Positions 19,277-29,316 of a DNA stretch of 64,000 bases are shown here, in pieces (the first letter of the stretch is position 1; every line of letters begins with the position of its first letter). The stretch is from Armatimonadia bacterium. GTDB taxonomy: Bacteria; Armatimonadota; Zipacnadia; Zipacnadales; UBA11051. The position numbers and the translations under genes were made by a program. The notes beneath the pieces were generated by a model. The model saw only the letters and a list, made by a program, of their open reading frames with translations, made no database searches and was not told where the DNA came from. Location of the stretch: NCBI GenBank assembly GCA_039683575.1, contig JBDKRC010000027.1:1966-65965 (forward strand), written 5' to 3'.

Positions 19277-22177
19277 CTACTTGCCCAGATAGAGGGCGGT
19301 GGTTTCGCCGGGGCTTAGGCGAATCTTCAGGTATGAGCCCTCGCGGTTGGTGGTGAAGGGCACTGTGACCCCGCCTGGGACCATTACGTCTGTGGCTTGC
19401 TTGACGGGCTGGCGTACGTGGACCGTGGCTTCAGCGGGCTTGTCCACATTGCGGTTGAGAAGGAAGAGGTAGCGGTCGCCATTTTCGGCAACGCGGAGGA
19501 CCGTTTCGAGGTCGGTGTTGTCGCTGCTGGCCGCCGGGGCGGCGTAGCTGGCGATGGACTTCCACAAGTCGAGGCGCTGGCTACCGAGCGTGGCGAGGGA
19601 ATCGGCGCGGAGGAAGTCACCATTGAGCTTGCCGGAGCGCAGCGCGGAGCTGGCGGCGTCTTTCCCGGGGCCAAGTCTGGCCTCGAGCACGCCGGAGGGT
19701 CGGGCCAGTTCATCGTACTTGCCGGCCTGGCCGAGGGTGACAAGCAGTTTGCCGGGCTCCATGAAGCCCAGCAGCTTGCGCTGGAGGTCGGCGGAGAGGT
19801 AGCTGGCTTGCGGGACGATGACCACGTTGTAGTCGCTGAACTTCGCACGATTCTGCTCGAAGTACTCATCGGGGACGAGTTCGTAGAGGATGCCGCCCTT
19901 GTAAAGCAGGTCGTGGAGGCCGAGTATCTCCGAGTAGGCGGTGAGGTCGGGACGCTCGTTGCGCATGGTGGCGCTGGGCTGGAGGACCAGCACCCTGGAG
20001 GGGGCGATCTGGCTGTGGGTCAGGACCCAGTCGAGGTTCTCCATTGCACGCTTGGCGACGGCGAGGCCGGGGGCGCAGTAGCGGACTGTGGTGAGGTCCC
20101 ACTGGGGGTTGAACCAGTTGCCATTGTACTCAAAGATGTAGGCGCCACCGGTGTATGAGTACCACTTCATCTGCAGCGAGCGGCCCCAGATGGCGGTGCT
20201 GCTGATGTGCTTTTCGAGGCCGCGGCGCTGGGCGCGCTCGTCGTCCACGCGGTTGCCCTCCTCCTGCTTGCCCCAGAAGTCCTCCATGTAGCCGAGACCC
20301 TTGCTGTGGAAGCGGCTCAGGCTGTTGAGGTAGACGTTGCCAACCTGCATCTGCGGCGCGCCACGATGGTAGGAGAGCACGTCGCAGGCTTCGACGGCGT
20401 CGGCGCCGTTGATGAGGTGGAGCAGGGCGCTGTGGCGGGCGACGACCGGTTTGGACGGGTCGGCGGCTTTGAGGGTGGTGTAGATCAGGTTGAGGTAGTC
20501 GCGATAGGAATCGTCGCGGAAGGCCTCGAAGACGGCGACGAGCGGGGTGACTTCCTTGCGGCCGATATAGGCGTCGGGCGGGGGCTGGACGGCGGCGAAG
20601 TCGGCATAGGTGGTACCGAGGGCCTGGTTGAGGGCGGCGATGGTCTGGTATTTGGCCTGCAGCCAGGTACGGAAGGCGGCTTCGGCGTGGGGGCCGTAGC
20701 CGGTCTCGCGGAGGCCCTTACTGGTTGTGAAGTAGGGATAGGCTTCCTGAGCGACCTCATAGAACAGAATGCGCGGCTCGTTTTTGCAGAAGGTGGCGTA
20801 CTTGGTCAGGTAGTCCTTGATATAGGCGCGGACGGCGGGGTGGAAGTAGTTGAGCGAGCGGTCGGTGCCGCGGGATTCGCCTTTGAGGCCATCCTGGGAG
20901 AGCTTGAAGAAGTCGGGTTCGTCCTTGTACTTGTCCACGAGCCACTGGGGGGCGTACATGTATTCGTGAAGGCCAAAGCCGAGGTAACCGAACGTGCCGG
21001 AGTAGCCGAGCGCCTGCAGGTCATCGCAGGCTTTGGTGATGTTGCTGAAGTCTGTCTCGGTCTCGGTGTGGACTTTGGGGGCACCGGGTGCGGAGGAGTG
21101 GAACTCGAGATCGAAGGGCCTTTCCCAGGCAGAGAACTGGGTGGGGCTCCAGCAGCCGTAGAGCAGGCGGTTGAGCTTGCCCGAGGGCTGGAAGGGCTTG
21201 ACCGAGCGGGGCTGGCGGCCGAGCTCTTTCGGGAGGGAAGCGGGCTTGAACGCCGATTGGGCGCGGGCCATGTCCGCTTTGAGGGTATCGAGGGTTGACT
21301 GGAGCTTATTCGCTTCGGCGGTGAAGGCGGCCATGTCGGCGTCGGCTTTGGACTTGAAGGCCTTGATGTAGGCGAGATAGGTCTGGTTGAGTTGCTCGTC
21401 GGCGGCGGTGAAGCGGGCCTCCATGTCCGCGTCGGGCTTCTGGCCGACGTAGGCACGGGTGCGCTGGAGGTTGCGGAGCTGGTGCTCGACGTCGGCGGAG
21501 GCGAAGACGAGGGCATTGTAGCGCGCGCCGGACTGGTAGAAGGCGTCGCTGGCCGTCTGGTGCTTGACGAAGCGGCTAATCGGGCCGGAACCGGTCTCAA
21601 CGCCCATGGTCTGGTTGGTCCAGACGTCCACGGGGAGGTTGTCGGTGGTGCCGAGGTTCTCGATGGTGATGTCGTCGAACCACACGCGGCCGACGGCGTT
21701 CTCGACCGAGAGCATGAACTGCGCAGTCGATTCGATGGTGGAGGAGATGATCAGACCGCTGCGGGCAGTCCAGTCGCCCGATTGCTTCTCGCGGATCTGC
21801 TGGGGGATGGAGCGGTCCTTGATGGTGCCCTCGTCGGCGGCGCGCCAGTTGATCCGGAAGCCGATGGCGGAGGACGGTACCGCTTCGTCTTTGCGGATAT
21901 AGACCGTGATGCGGTAGAGCTTGCCCGGCTCGAACGTGGCCGCGGGGGCGCAGGCGAAGAGGCGGTCGCCGGAGCGGGTCGCGGTCACCTTCAGGGACTG
22001 CTTGCCGCTGTGGGCGGCGGTGGGGTCGAGTTCCATGGTGGACTGGGACTCAGAGGGCCACTTGGTCCACTTGAGCTCAGAGGCCTCGAAGTCCTGGTTG
22101 TCGAGGAGTTGGAGGTTCTGGGCGGAGGCCAGGGAGGCCAGGATGACCGGCAGAGCTAGAAGGTGGGCTATTCTCAT
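19277..22177 (-). CDS. Secreted GH42-like beta-galactosidase with N-terminal CBM4/9-like domain and C-terminal trimerisation-like domain
   Basis: Signal peptide, NQDFEA...HSGKQSL CBM motif, NYFHP...FYEVAQE, FRTWLQAKYQTIAALNQALGT (GH42 hallmark) and YNVVIVP. Confidence 0.7.
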   Translation of the reverse strand: MRIAHLLALPVILASLASAQNLQLLDNQDFEASELKWTKWPSESQSTMELDPTAAHSGKQSLKVTATRSGDRLFACAPAATFEPGKLYRITVYIRKDEAVPSSAIGFRINWRAADEGTIKDRSIPQQIREKQSGDWTARSGLIISSTIESTAQFMLSVENAVGRVWFDDITIENLGTTDNLPVDVWTNQTMGVETGSGPISRFVKHQTASDAFYQSGARYNALVFASADVEHQLRNLQRTRAYVGQKPDADMEARFTAADEQLNQTYLAYIKAFKSKADADMAAFTAEANKLQSTLDTLKADMARAQSAFKPASLPKELGRQPRSVKPFQPSGKLNRLLYGCWSPTQFSAWERPFDLEFHSSAPGAPKVHTETETDFSNITKACDDLQALGYSGTFGYLGFGLHEYMYAPQWLVDKYKDEPDFFKLSQDGLKGESRGTDRSLNYFHPAVRAYIKDYLTKYATFCKNEPRILFYEVAQEAYPYFTTSKGLRETGYGPHAEAAFRTWLQAKYQTIAALNQALGTTYADFAAVQPPPDAYIGRKEVTPLVAVFEAFRDDSYRDYLNLIYTTLKAADPSKPVVARHSALLHLINGADAVEACDVLSYHRGAPQMQVGNVYLNSLSRFHSKGLGYMEDFWGKQEEGNRVDDERAQRRGLEKHISSTAIWGRSLQMKWYSYTGGAYIFEYNGNWFNPQWDLTTVRYCAPGLAVAKRAMENLDWVLTHSQIAPSRVLVLQPSATMRNERPDLTAYSEILGLHDLLYKGGILYELVPDEYFEQNRAKFSDYNVVIVPQASYLSADLQRKLLGFMEPGKLLVTLGQAGKYDELARPSGVLEARLGPGKDAASSALRSGKLNGDFLRADSLATLGSQRLDLWKSIASYAAPAASSDNTDLETVLRVAENGDRYLFLLNRNVDKPAEATVHVRQPVKQATDVMVPGGVTVPFTTNREGSYLKIRLSPGETTALYLGK

Positions 22178-22312
22178 CTTCAGTCTTTCACCTGATCGCA
22201 GAGGTTACTGTTCGGTCAGCCGCCCGACTGGAAGCCGGGCTCTGGTGCCACAATCTCACTCATTGGAATGAGTTCGCGGCAAGGATGCCGCTCGTACGAC
22301 CGATACGACAGC

Positions 22313-23146
22313 TCAGTCATCTTTACCGTCGAATAGGGCTTCGGCGGCGCCCCAGAAGAACTGGTGAATGTCCTCGTCTGAGAGTCCCATCCCGTGAAGC
22401 AGGTCGAGGTCCTTTTGGATCATGGCGGGAGCGCTGCGCGGGAGGCTGCCGGGATAGGTGTCGGTGCCGTACATCAGGCGGCCGGACTGGCAGAACGTCG
22501 TAGCTTTGTGCAGGGCGTCTGTGCGCCATACGTCGGGTGTGCCACGCGAGCAGTCGATCCACATCCGGCTGCCCTGCTGGCGCGTACCGGCGACGGAGCG
22601 AAAGTGGCCGAAGAGGGCGAGGCATTCGTCTGTCCAGGGCCAACTGATGTGGGCCATGGCGAACTTGAGGCGTGGGAAGTTGATGAGGGCCTCGTAGAAC
22701 ACGGGGCGGCAGAAGCGGGAGCTGTCGCCGAAAGCGTAGAGGATGCCGGAGTGGAAGTGGATGGGCTTGCCGAGGGCCTCCATCTTCTCGTAGAGCGGGT
22801 AGAGGAACTCGTCGCTGGCATACCAGTGGTTGGGGATCATCTTGATGCCATGCAGGCCGCGGTCCACGAGAGCGTATTCGACGAGGTCAAGGATGCCTTC
22901 GGTGCGCGGGTCGGCCCAGAAAAGGGCGTAGATGCGGTCGGGGTCGGCGGCCTGGATCGCGGCGGCGCTGTCGATGGCGGCGCGGAACTCGGCAGCGGGT
23001 GGCGGGGGGCAGAGCTCGCGGATGTTGCCGGGGTGCTGGCTGAAGAAGCTGATGCGGGTCAGACCCACGGCGTCCATGGCGCGCAGGACGTCATCGGCGG
23101 TTTCGGTACCGTTGTAGGTGTGGACATGGCAGTCCCAGGTTTGCAT
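22313..23146 (-). CDS. Amidohydrolase family (amidohydro_2) metal-dependent hydrolase
   Basis: DCHVH, GIKMIP, IHFHSG, MAHISWPW and LMYGTD motifs; ATG at 23146 behind GGAGG. Confidence 0.85.
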   Translation of the reverse strand: MQTWDCHVHTYNGTETADDVLRAMDAVGLTRISFFSQHPGNIRELCPPPPAAEFRAAIDSAAAIQAADPDRIYALFWADPRTEGILDLVEYALVDRGLHGIKMIPNHWYASDEFLYPLYEKMEALGKPIHFHSGILYAFGDSSRFCRPVFYEALINFPRLKFAMAHISWPWTDECLALFGHFRSVAGTRQQGSRMWIDCSRGTPDVWRTDALHKATTFCQSGRLMYGTDTYPGSLPRSAPAMIQKDLDLLHGMGLSDEDIHQFFWGAAEALFDGKDD

Positions 23147-23213
23147 GAAAGGCCTCCGGAAAGAGTAACGGCGAAAACGGAAAACAGTCGAACGCGAGAC
23201 GACGTGGGACACG

Positions 23214-23291
23214 GAGATTCTTCGCTTGGCGGACGCGGACGTCCGTGCTCAGAATGACAAGGCTGGGTGACAACTGACAACTGACAACTGA
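23214..23291. repeat. Half copy of the GTCATxCTGA...GATxCTTCG repeat family plus a (TGACAAC)x3 heptamer tract
   Basis: GAGATTCTTCGC...GCTCAGAATGACA (23214-23259) matches 63709-63736; TGACAAC x3 at 23268-23288. Confidence 0.65.
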
Positions 23292-25445
23292 TCACGGCCA
23301 GAAGGCGTAGGTTGTAGTGTTTGTGAACAGGCCGTAGAGGATCCATAAGCAGCCGGTTACTACGTCGGCCAGGATCAGACCGAAAGCGCAGGCTCTGACG
23401 CCCCGCATGGCTTTCATGCCCGCGTAACGCATGACTACTGTCTTGGTGGTCCAGGCCAGGAACATTGGAAACCACATGTGGGCCATGTACCAGGTGGTGG
23501 AGAGGGCGAAGCCGGCGGGATGCAGCGGCCAGCCGATCCACCGGGTGCGCAGGAGCATCATGCCGAAGTAGACGCCGTAGCCGATGACCGTGGCCCAGAT
23601 GCGGCCCCACTGCACGCTTTGGTTAAGTGTGATCCAATTGGCGAGTTGGTTCCACGCTTCCATGCATGAGCCGGGCATCCACTTGGCCCAGTTCATCCCC
23701 AATCCCTCTTTGTACCCCAGGTAGAGCGTCAAGAAGAAGCCCAGCGCGACGGCGAAGGGTACCATGACCATGCCCGCGAGCAGCAGGCGGCGTTCGCTGC
23801 CGCCGGTTTGGCGGGCGAGGTAAAGGCCCTCAAGCTGGTGCGGGAAGGGGATGTTGCGCAGGCCGCGCGTGAAGCCCATGAAGAGCGACAGCGAGGTGAG
23901 GTTCTGCAGGCCAAGGAGGCGCGGGCCGAGGATGTTGCCCTGGGTGACCGTGGGGCCGAGGCGCTCGAGTTCGTGGGTGGGAAGGCCCATCTCAGCGCGG
24001 ATGCGACCCACGATGATGGTCATGGCGTAGTACTGGATGAAGAAGCCAAGAATGACGAGCGGCGAGAGCTTGGTGTACCAGGCGATGATACAGACGCCGA
24101 CGAAGCCGGCGAGGAAGATCAGGAAGGAGGTGCGGTAGGACAGGGCCTCGCCGGAGTCGTCCTCGGGGAGGAGGTTGGAGTCCGACTGTAGGGCGGGGGC
24201 TTGTACCCCGCCGGTGGTGGCGCCCGAGCGGCCGGGTACGAGCCCCGGCCCTACAGCGGAGGCTTCGGAGCGGCCGGCAAGCCAGGCTTCGAGGTCGGTC
24301 CTGATTCTGATCCAGACACGGCGGAAGTAGCCACGGGCCGCCCAGAGGGAGAAGCCGAGGATGGCGAGGTAGCCGCCGAAGCTCTGCTCCTTCATATAAG
24401 GAAATTCCCGAATGTTGGTGAGACCCAGCCACGCGACAAAGATCGCCTCGGCTTTCCAGAAGAGGTAGAAGAACCAGAGCGAGAGGCTGAGCTCGGTCGG
24501 GAGCAGGAGGCCGAGGCCGATGACGAAGGGGTAGAAGCAGATCCAGAAGCGGCCGACGGCGTTCCAGGGCTTGGCGATGAAGTACTTCTGGAGGTTGAAG
24601 GTCTCGCTCTGGCTGATCTTGATCGCCGCGCGTGGGATGGAGGGGTAGAACTCGTGGAAGCCATTGAGGAGGTTGATGACGACGATCAGAGCGGCGGCGG
24701 CCCAGAAGGCCCAGTGGCGGAAGGCCCGCGGGTTGGTTTGCGAGAGTTCGTAGGGAAGCTGGACGATCGGGAAGCTCATGCGCTCCTGCTCGACCCAGCG
24801 TTTACGCAGAATCACGGCCAGCCCGGCGGGAGCGGCCCAGAGGATGGTATACAGGAGCCACCAGCGCAGGACCGGGCCGAGCCACGGGCGGTAGTTGCGG
24901 GGCTCGAAGATGCTGGTGCCACCGAGCCACAGACGGTTGAGGGCGGGCTGGTCGTTGACGGTCATGGAGAGCGGAAGCTCCTCCATGAAGAGGTCTTCCC
25001 AGTGGTTGACCTCGTTGGCGAACACGGCCGGGCCCTGCATGGTGGCGAAGGTGGTCTTCATCGTGTCAATGCCCAGCGGCCCGGTGCCGAGGGACAGAAG
25101 AATGAAGAAGGCGATGAGCTCGGCGGGGGCAAAGGCGATCCTGGGGGCGAAGCGTAGCAGGGCGGCGTTGACCAGCCGAAAGAGGAACAGTAGGAAGACC
25201 ACGTTGTAGAAAAGCGCGACGACAGTGGGGTCCTCGACGCCACGGGGGCCGGTGAGGTAGGTCATGAAGTAGGCGTTGAGGGGCGCGACCAGGAAGGCGA
25301 TGATGATGACACGCCAGGATATGCCGCGGGCGAGCGGAAAGGGCTTTGCGTCGGTGCTGGGAGTGACGGCGGCAGGATTGGGGTGCGAAGGTTCGTGCAA
25401 GATCAGGGCTCCGGATGGTGTTTCTGCGGCAGATGCGTGTTTCAA
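23292..25445 (-). CDS. DUF6785/DUF6784-type polytopic membrane protein (putative transporter) carrying an in-frame REP doublet
   Basis: About 16-18 hydrophobic segments; RKRWVEQERMSFPIVQLP and WPLHPAGFAL motifs typical of this family; family named from memory. Confidence 0.7.
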   Translation of the reverse strand: MKHASAAETPSGALILHEPSHPNPAAVTPSTDAKPFPLARGISWRVIIIAFLVAPLNAYFMTYLTGPRGVEDPTVVALFYNVVFLLFLFRLVNAALLRFAPRIAFAPAELIAFFILLSLGTGPLGIDTMKTTFATMQGPAVFANEVNHWEDLFMEELPLSMTVNDQPALNRLWLGGTSIFEPRNYRPWLGPVLRWWLLYTILWAAPAGLAVILRKRWVEQERMSFPIVQLPYELSQTNPRAFRHWAFWAAAALIVVINLLNGFHEFYPSIPRAAIKISQSETFNLQKYFIAKPWNAVGRFWICFYPFVIGLGLLLPTELSLSLWFFYLFWKAEAIFVAWLGLTNIREFPYMKEQSFGGYLAILGFSLWAARGYFRRVWIRIRTDLEAWLAGRSEASAVGPGLVPGRSGATTGGVQAPALQSDSNLLPEDDSGEALSYRTSFLIFLAGFVGVCIIAWYTKLSPLVILGFFIQYYAMTIIVGRIRAEMGLPTHELERLGPTVTQGNILGPRLLGLQNLTSLSLFMGFTRGLRNIPFPHQLEGLYLARQTGGSERRLLLAGMVMVPFAVALGFFLTLYLGYKEGLGMNWAKWMPGSCMEAWNQLANWITLNQSVQWGRIWATVIGYGVYFGMMLLRTRWIGWPLHPAGFALSTTWYMAHMWFPMFLAWTTKTVVMRYAGMKAMRGVRACAFGLILADVVTGCLWILYGLFTNTTTYAFWP
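24188..24254. repeat. Intragenic inverted REP-like doublet
   Basis: GTAGGGCGGGGGCTTGTACCCCGCC (+, from 24188) and GTAGGGCCGGGGCTCGTACCCGGCC (-, from 24254), inside the 23292-25445 ORF. Confidence 0.8.
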
Positions 25446-25522
25446 GGATGATGACGGGCGGCGACCCCAGAGGGTCGCACGGAGAGCCCTCCCACACCAC
25501 TGTAATGGTCCAGGCGACGACC

Positions 25523-26938
25523 CTACTGGTAGAGCTTGATACGGGCGTAGCTGATTGTGTTCTGGGTGCCTGCGCGGGGTCCGAGAAGCTCCAGAGTGTT
25601 CGAGGGCAGGGAGCCGCCGCGAGGCGTGGTGGTGAAGAAGTCCACCAATGGGTACTGCAGGGGCAGTCTGAGCGGCGTCCCGAAGGTCCCGTCGGCGCTC
25701 AGTTCGCTCACCCGGTTGTCGTACGTGCGCTTGCCGTCGGCGGCGATGTTCAGAAGGCTGTAGCAGACGATCAGGCGGCCGTCAGGCGTGATCTGGAAGC
25801 GCGGTTTGCCCTGCGGAATGTCTGGGGAGCCGAGCTGGCCCTGGAGCAGCGGTTTCTTCAGGAGCACACGGCCGTCGCGAACCTGGGCGTACATGATGGA
25901 GTGCAGGCGGGTCTTTATGTCCGGGAAGTACTTGTCGCGCAGGCGCAGGTCCACCGGGGCCTCAAACCACAGAATGTGGGCTGTGCCGTCGGGAGCGACG
26001 TAGAGATCGCCGGGGAAGAGCCAGCCGCCGGTGGCCATGGTGTTGCTGAGTTCGATCCAGGGGGCGAAGTCCTGCTTGCTGAGGTCCGGGGTCCAGGTGT
26101 AGTACAGGCGCCGCCAGCGATTGCCCCACTGACGGCCCATCTTCTCCTTGTCGGCGACGGGGTCTCTGACGCGGTCCCAGTTGTCGAAGGCGGCCGCTCC
26201 GCAGAAGTGGACGGCGCGGCCCTGCAGGGCGACGGTGGGGTAGTTGGCGCGGCAATGTACGGCGCCGTAGGGCTCCACGTCGCCGGCGGCAAGGTCAGGC
26301 CAGGAAAGGTAGCCGCTGCGCAGGGTGGCACCGGTGCGGTCGAGCAGGGCCCAGTGCGAGCCGTCGTTGCCGAGGTTATTGAGCAGCAGGCAGTCGCCGG
26401 AAGGGCCGTCCGCTGTGAAAGTGCGGTAGGAGTGCTCGGTGAAAGCGGGTTGACCGGACCACTGCGGCGCGATGGTGACGAAGGGGGCGGCCGGGTCTGA
26501 GGCTTTGAACCGGAGGATCTCCGGGCGCGCGGGGCCGCCGCCCTGCTGCTGCGGGTCGGTGAGAAGCGTGGGGTTGACCGACATCAGCAGGCGGCCATCC
26601 GGGAAGGCGGCGAGGGGACAAGGCTCGCGCGTGCGGTCCTTCGGGTCGGTCTGCACGAGCTTCCAGCCGGTGGGAGTGCGGCGGTAGAGCGTCCAGCGGA
26701 CGTTGTTGAGCGGTTTGACGTTCGGGAGGGTTTCAAGGCCGCTGGCGAAGACCTCGTCGCCCGAGCGGGCGAGGCAGGTGGAACTCCAGCACCACATCGG
26801 GTCGGAGCCGTTGTCAGCGGGGGTGTAGGTGAAGACCTCTTCCTCGGCCTCGACGACAGGGGCGAGCGGGGCGCGCGAGGGCTGAGCGGCGGCGCAGGAG
26901 GCGAGCACGAGCAGCGCAAGGAGGAGGGTGGTTGGCAT
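25523..26938 (-). CDS. Secreted hypothetical protein, possibly beta-propeller/BNR-like
   Basis: Signal peptide MPTTLLLALLVLASCAAAQ at ATG 26938; beta-rich sequence; no firm family. Confidence 0.65.
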   Translation of the reverse strand: MPTTLLLALLVLASCAAAQPSRAPLAPVVEAEEEVFTYTPADNGSDPMWCWSSTCLARSGDEVFASGLETLPNVKPLNNVRWTLYRRTPTGWKLVQTDPKDRTREPCPLAAFPDGRLLMSVNPTLLTDPQQQGGGPARPEILRFKASDPAAPFVTIAPQWSGQPAFTEHSYRTFTADGPSGDCLLLNNLGNDGSHWALLDRTGATLRSGYLSWPDLAAGDVEPYGAVHCRANYPTVALQGRAVHFCGAAAFDNWDRVRDPVADKEKMGRQWGNRWRRLYYTWTPDLSKQDFAPWIELSNTMATGGWLFPGDLYVAPDGTAHILWFEAPVDLRLRDKYFPDIKTRLHSIMYAQVRDGRVLLKKPLLQGQLGSPDIPQGKPRFQITPDGRLIVCYSLLNIAADGKRTYDNRVSELSADGTFGTPLRLPLQYPLVDFFTTTPRGGSLPSNTLELLGPRAGTQNTISYARIKLYQ

Positions 26939-27152
26939 GGGGGGATGGTTCGTCGGGGAGGGAGCGGGGACCTGCGTGGACAGCCCGACAGGAATGTCGG
27001 GCGTACACCGGAGGGGAGGCGGAGGCATGGCGGGGCACCTCTGGGGCAGGGGCGGGAGTTGGAGGCGGTGCTGGCAGAGCGGGCGGTAGACACGCGAGAG
27101 GTCGCGCTTGGGGGAGCGCTCCTACGGAATGAAAAGGCAACGCGAGCAGGCG

Positions 27153-27785
27153 TTAGCCGAAGTGGCCCCACATGTCGTTGCCGCTGACGGGGGTTTGCCT
27201 GATCAGGTTCGTTTTCAGCCACTTGACGTGACCATCCACGAAAGCGCAGTTAGTACCGTCGTTGTGCATCATGCCCACCGAGTACGTGCCGCTGAAGCGC
27301 CCTGGCACTTCAATGGGACAGTAGACGCTGGGGCAGACCTGCGTGCCTGTGGTGGCGGAATCCGCAAGCAGGAGCACCTGTGCGGGATATTGGTAGCTGT
27401 CCAGCGGCACGGTGTTGGCGCCGCCGCCATCGACCGTGACGTGAGGGTCGTTGACGCCATAGTTGCCCTTGACGGTTCCCACGCCGCCGGCGACGTATTG
27501 GTTGGACGGGCAGCGCAGAACCTGGGTGTTCTTCATATACGGAACCAGAAGGTCGGGCCAGCAGTAGTAGACGCTGGGATGGGTCCACTGCGACGAGAAC
27601 CTGCCATCGTAGTCCTGACAGTACATCAGGATGCTGAGAGCAATCTGTTTCTCATTGGACTGGCAACTGGCCTGGCGGGCTTTCTCGCGGGCCTTAGCGA
27701 AGACGGGAAAGAGGATGGCCGCCAGGATCGCAATGATGGCAATAACGACCAGCAACTCAATCAGTGTGAAGCCGCGTCTCATCAT
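27153..27785 (-). CDS. Prepilin-type N-terminal cleavage/methylation protein with H-X9-DG C-terminal motif (DUF1559-like)
   Basis: [42 protein letters not shown]; [15 protein letters not shown]. Confidence 0.92.
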   Translation of the reverse strand: MMRRGFTLIELLVVIAIIAILAAILFPVFAKAREKARQASCQSNEKQIALSILMYCQDYDGRFSSQWTHPSVYYCWPDLLVPYMKNTQVLRCPSNQYVAGGVGTVKGNYGVNDPHVTVDGGGANTVPLDSYQYPAQVLLLADSATTGTQVCPSVYCPIEVPGRFSGTYSVGMMHNDGTNCAFVDGHVKWLKTNLIRQTPVSGNDMWGHFG

Positions 27786-27814
27786 CAGCCCTCCTCAGGG
27801 GACTATGTGAATGC

Positions 27815-29089
27815 CTACTCCATGACCTCAGAAGCGAATGTACTGCGGTAGACCTGCTTGCCCCAGTCAAGGTCTTCAGGGAAGATCACTGCGCCGCTGC
27901 CGCGTAGGTGACCTCCCTGTAGCTCAAAGTCAATGACCGCGCGGCGGAGGCTCGTGTCGCGGGGGGCGTTGGCCCAGTCGGGCTTGCTGCCGCCGAAGAG
28001 GTCGAAGATGCGCTCCCAGGTCTGCTGGTCGCGAGCACCCTCGGCTGGATGCAGATACCATTCGGCGAGGCAGGCCGCGATGTTGGGCGGGCGGGGGTCG
28101 AGGTGCTCGAACTGGGGGTCAAGCAGCCATGAGGTGCAGGTGAAGGCGCGGTACTTCAGGTCCGGGAAGTGCTTGGCGTAGAAGTCGCGGGCGTGGACGA
28201 AGGACTCGCCGCACAGGGCGTAGTCCATCGAGCCCTTGGCCGGAATGTGGACAGTGACGACCGGGTCGCCCTTGCGCAGGACCTCGCGCCATTCGGAGGT
28301 ATCGAGGGTAACGGTCCTGGGAAGGACGTGGCCGAGCGGCGAGACCGGGTTGCCGCTGATGGTCTCAACTGATTCGATCAGGCGGGATTTCCAGAGGTTG
28401 TCCCACACCTCTCCCCCATCGGCGCTCGCGAACTGGCCGTCGGGCCGGAAGAGGCAGCCGTCCTCGGCGAGAGCGATGACCCGGCCGCTGGCAGTGTGGC
28501 GGTACCAGCGGAAATTGTGGTAGTAAGAGCCGGGGAGGTACTCCAGGCGGCTGAGCTTGTGGAGATTGCCGCGGACGTGGTGCTGCAGCCAACCCATGCG
28601 CGGGAAGCGCCAGACGCCCTGGAGGCGCTTGAAGTCGAGAATCCAGGTTTCGAGGCTCGCCAGGCTCTCGATGGTGTCCTCGAGCTCAATGCCGCGCCCG
28701 GCGTGGATCGCCAGCATGTGCGGGTAAGCCGAGAGGGTCAAGAGGCCATAGAAGAGCAGCCCAGCCGGGCCCATGGCATCGGGGAACTCGGGCCATTCAC
28801 CGACCTTGGGTTCGTACCCGGAATCGCAGATGAGCCAGCGGCAGTGCCATAGCAGGCGCTCGAGGGGGAGGTTGCCGAGTGTGGCGACGGAGGCTTCGGC
28901 GAGGACGTCAGTGACGCCGGGGTCGAAGCGGAGGGTCTGGCAGGTCTGACGGACCCAGTCTTCTTTAAGATAGAAGGCCCCGGGAGTGAAGGTGCGAGCA
29001 GACTGGGGCCAGGTGGCGCGGATGATGTCGGCGCAGTTGACGCCGAAGGCAGCGCAGACGGCGATGGGATCGCGGAGGTCGGTGGTCAT
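27815..29089 (-). CDS. N-acyltransferase-like protein (DUF5596/GNAT-like C-terminal)
   Basis: LSRLEY, TVHIPAKG and FTCTSWLLDP motifs; start moved to ATG at 29089 (MTTDLRD). Confidence 0.7.
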   Translation of the reverse strand: MTTDLRDPIAVCAAFGVNCADIIRATWPQSARTFTPGAFYLKEDWVRQTCQTLRFDPGVTDVLAEASVATLGNLPLERLLWHCRWLICDSGYEPKVGEWPEFPDAMGPAGLLFYGLLTLSAYPHMLAIHAGRGIELEDTIESLASLETWILDFKRLQGVWRFPRMGWLQHHVRGNLHKLSRLEYLPGSYYHNFRWYRHTASGRVIALAEDGCLFRPDGQFASADGGEVWDNLWKSRLIESVETISGNPVSPLGHVLPRTVTLDTSEWREVLRKGDPVVTVHIPAKGSMDYALCGESFVHARDFYAKHFPDLKYRAFTCTSWLLDPQFEHLDPRPPNIAACLAEWYLHPAEGARDQQTWERIFDLFGGSKPDWANAPRDTSLRRAVIDFELQGGHLRGSGAVIFPEDLDWGKQVYRSTFASEVME

Positions 29090-29316
29090 GGTGATAGGGA
29101 CTCTACAGGATGTACAGGATAGGGACTGATGGGCAGGATACGGCAGGTCACATTCGCCGTCCTGCGGGACGCCATTCGCCATTCGGCCCATTTTGCCCTC
29201 CATGTGCTGTCGGGAAGTGGAAAAGAGGTGGCCACGGTTGAGCATGATGACGCGGAGCAGCGTCAAGTATAGGGGGATCATCCCGGGGGAGGCTCAACTG
29301 GAAGGAAGCGATCACT

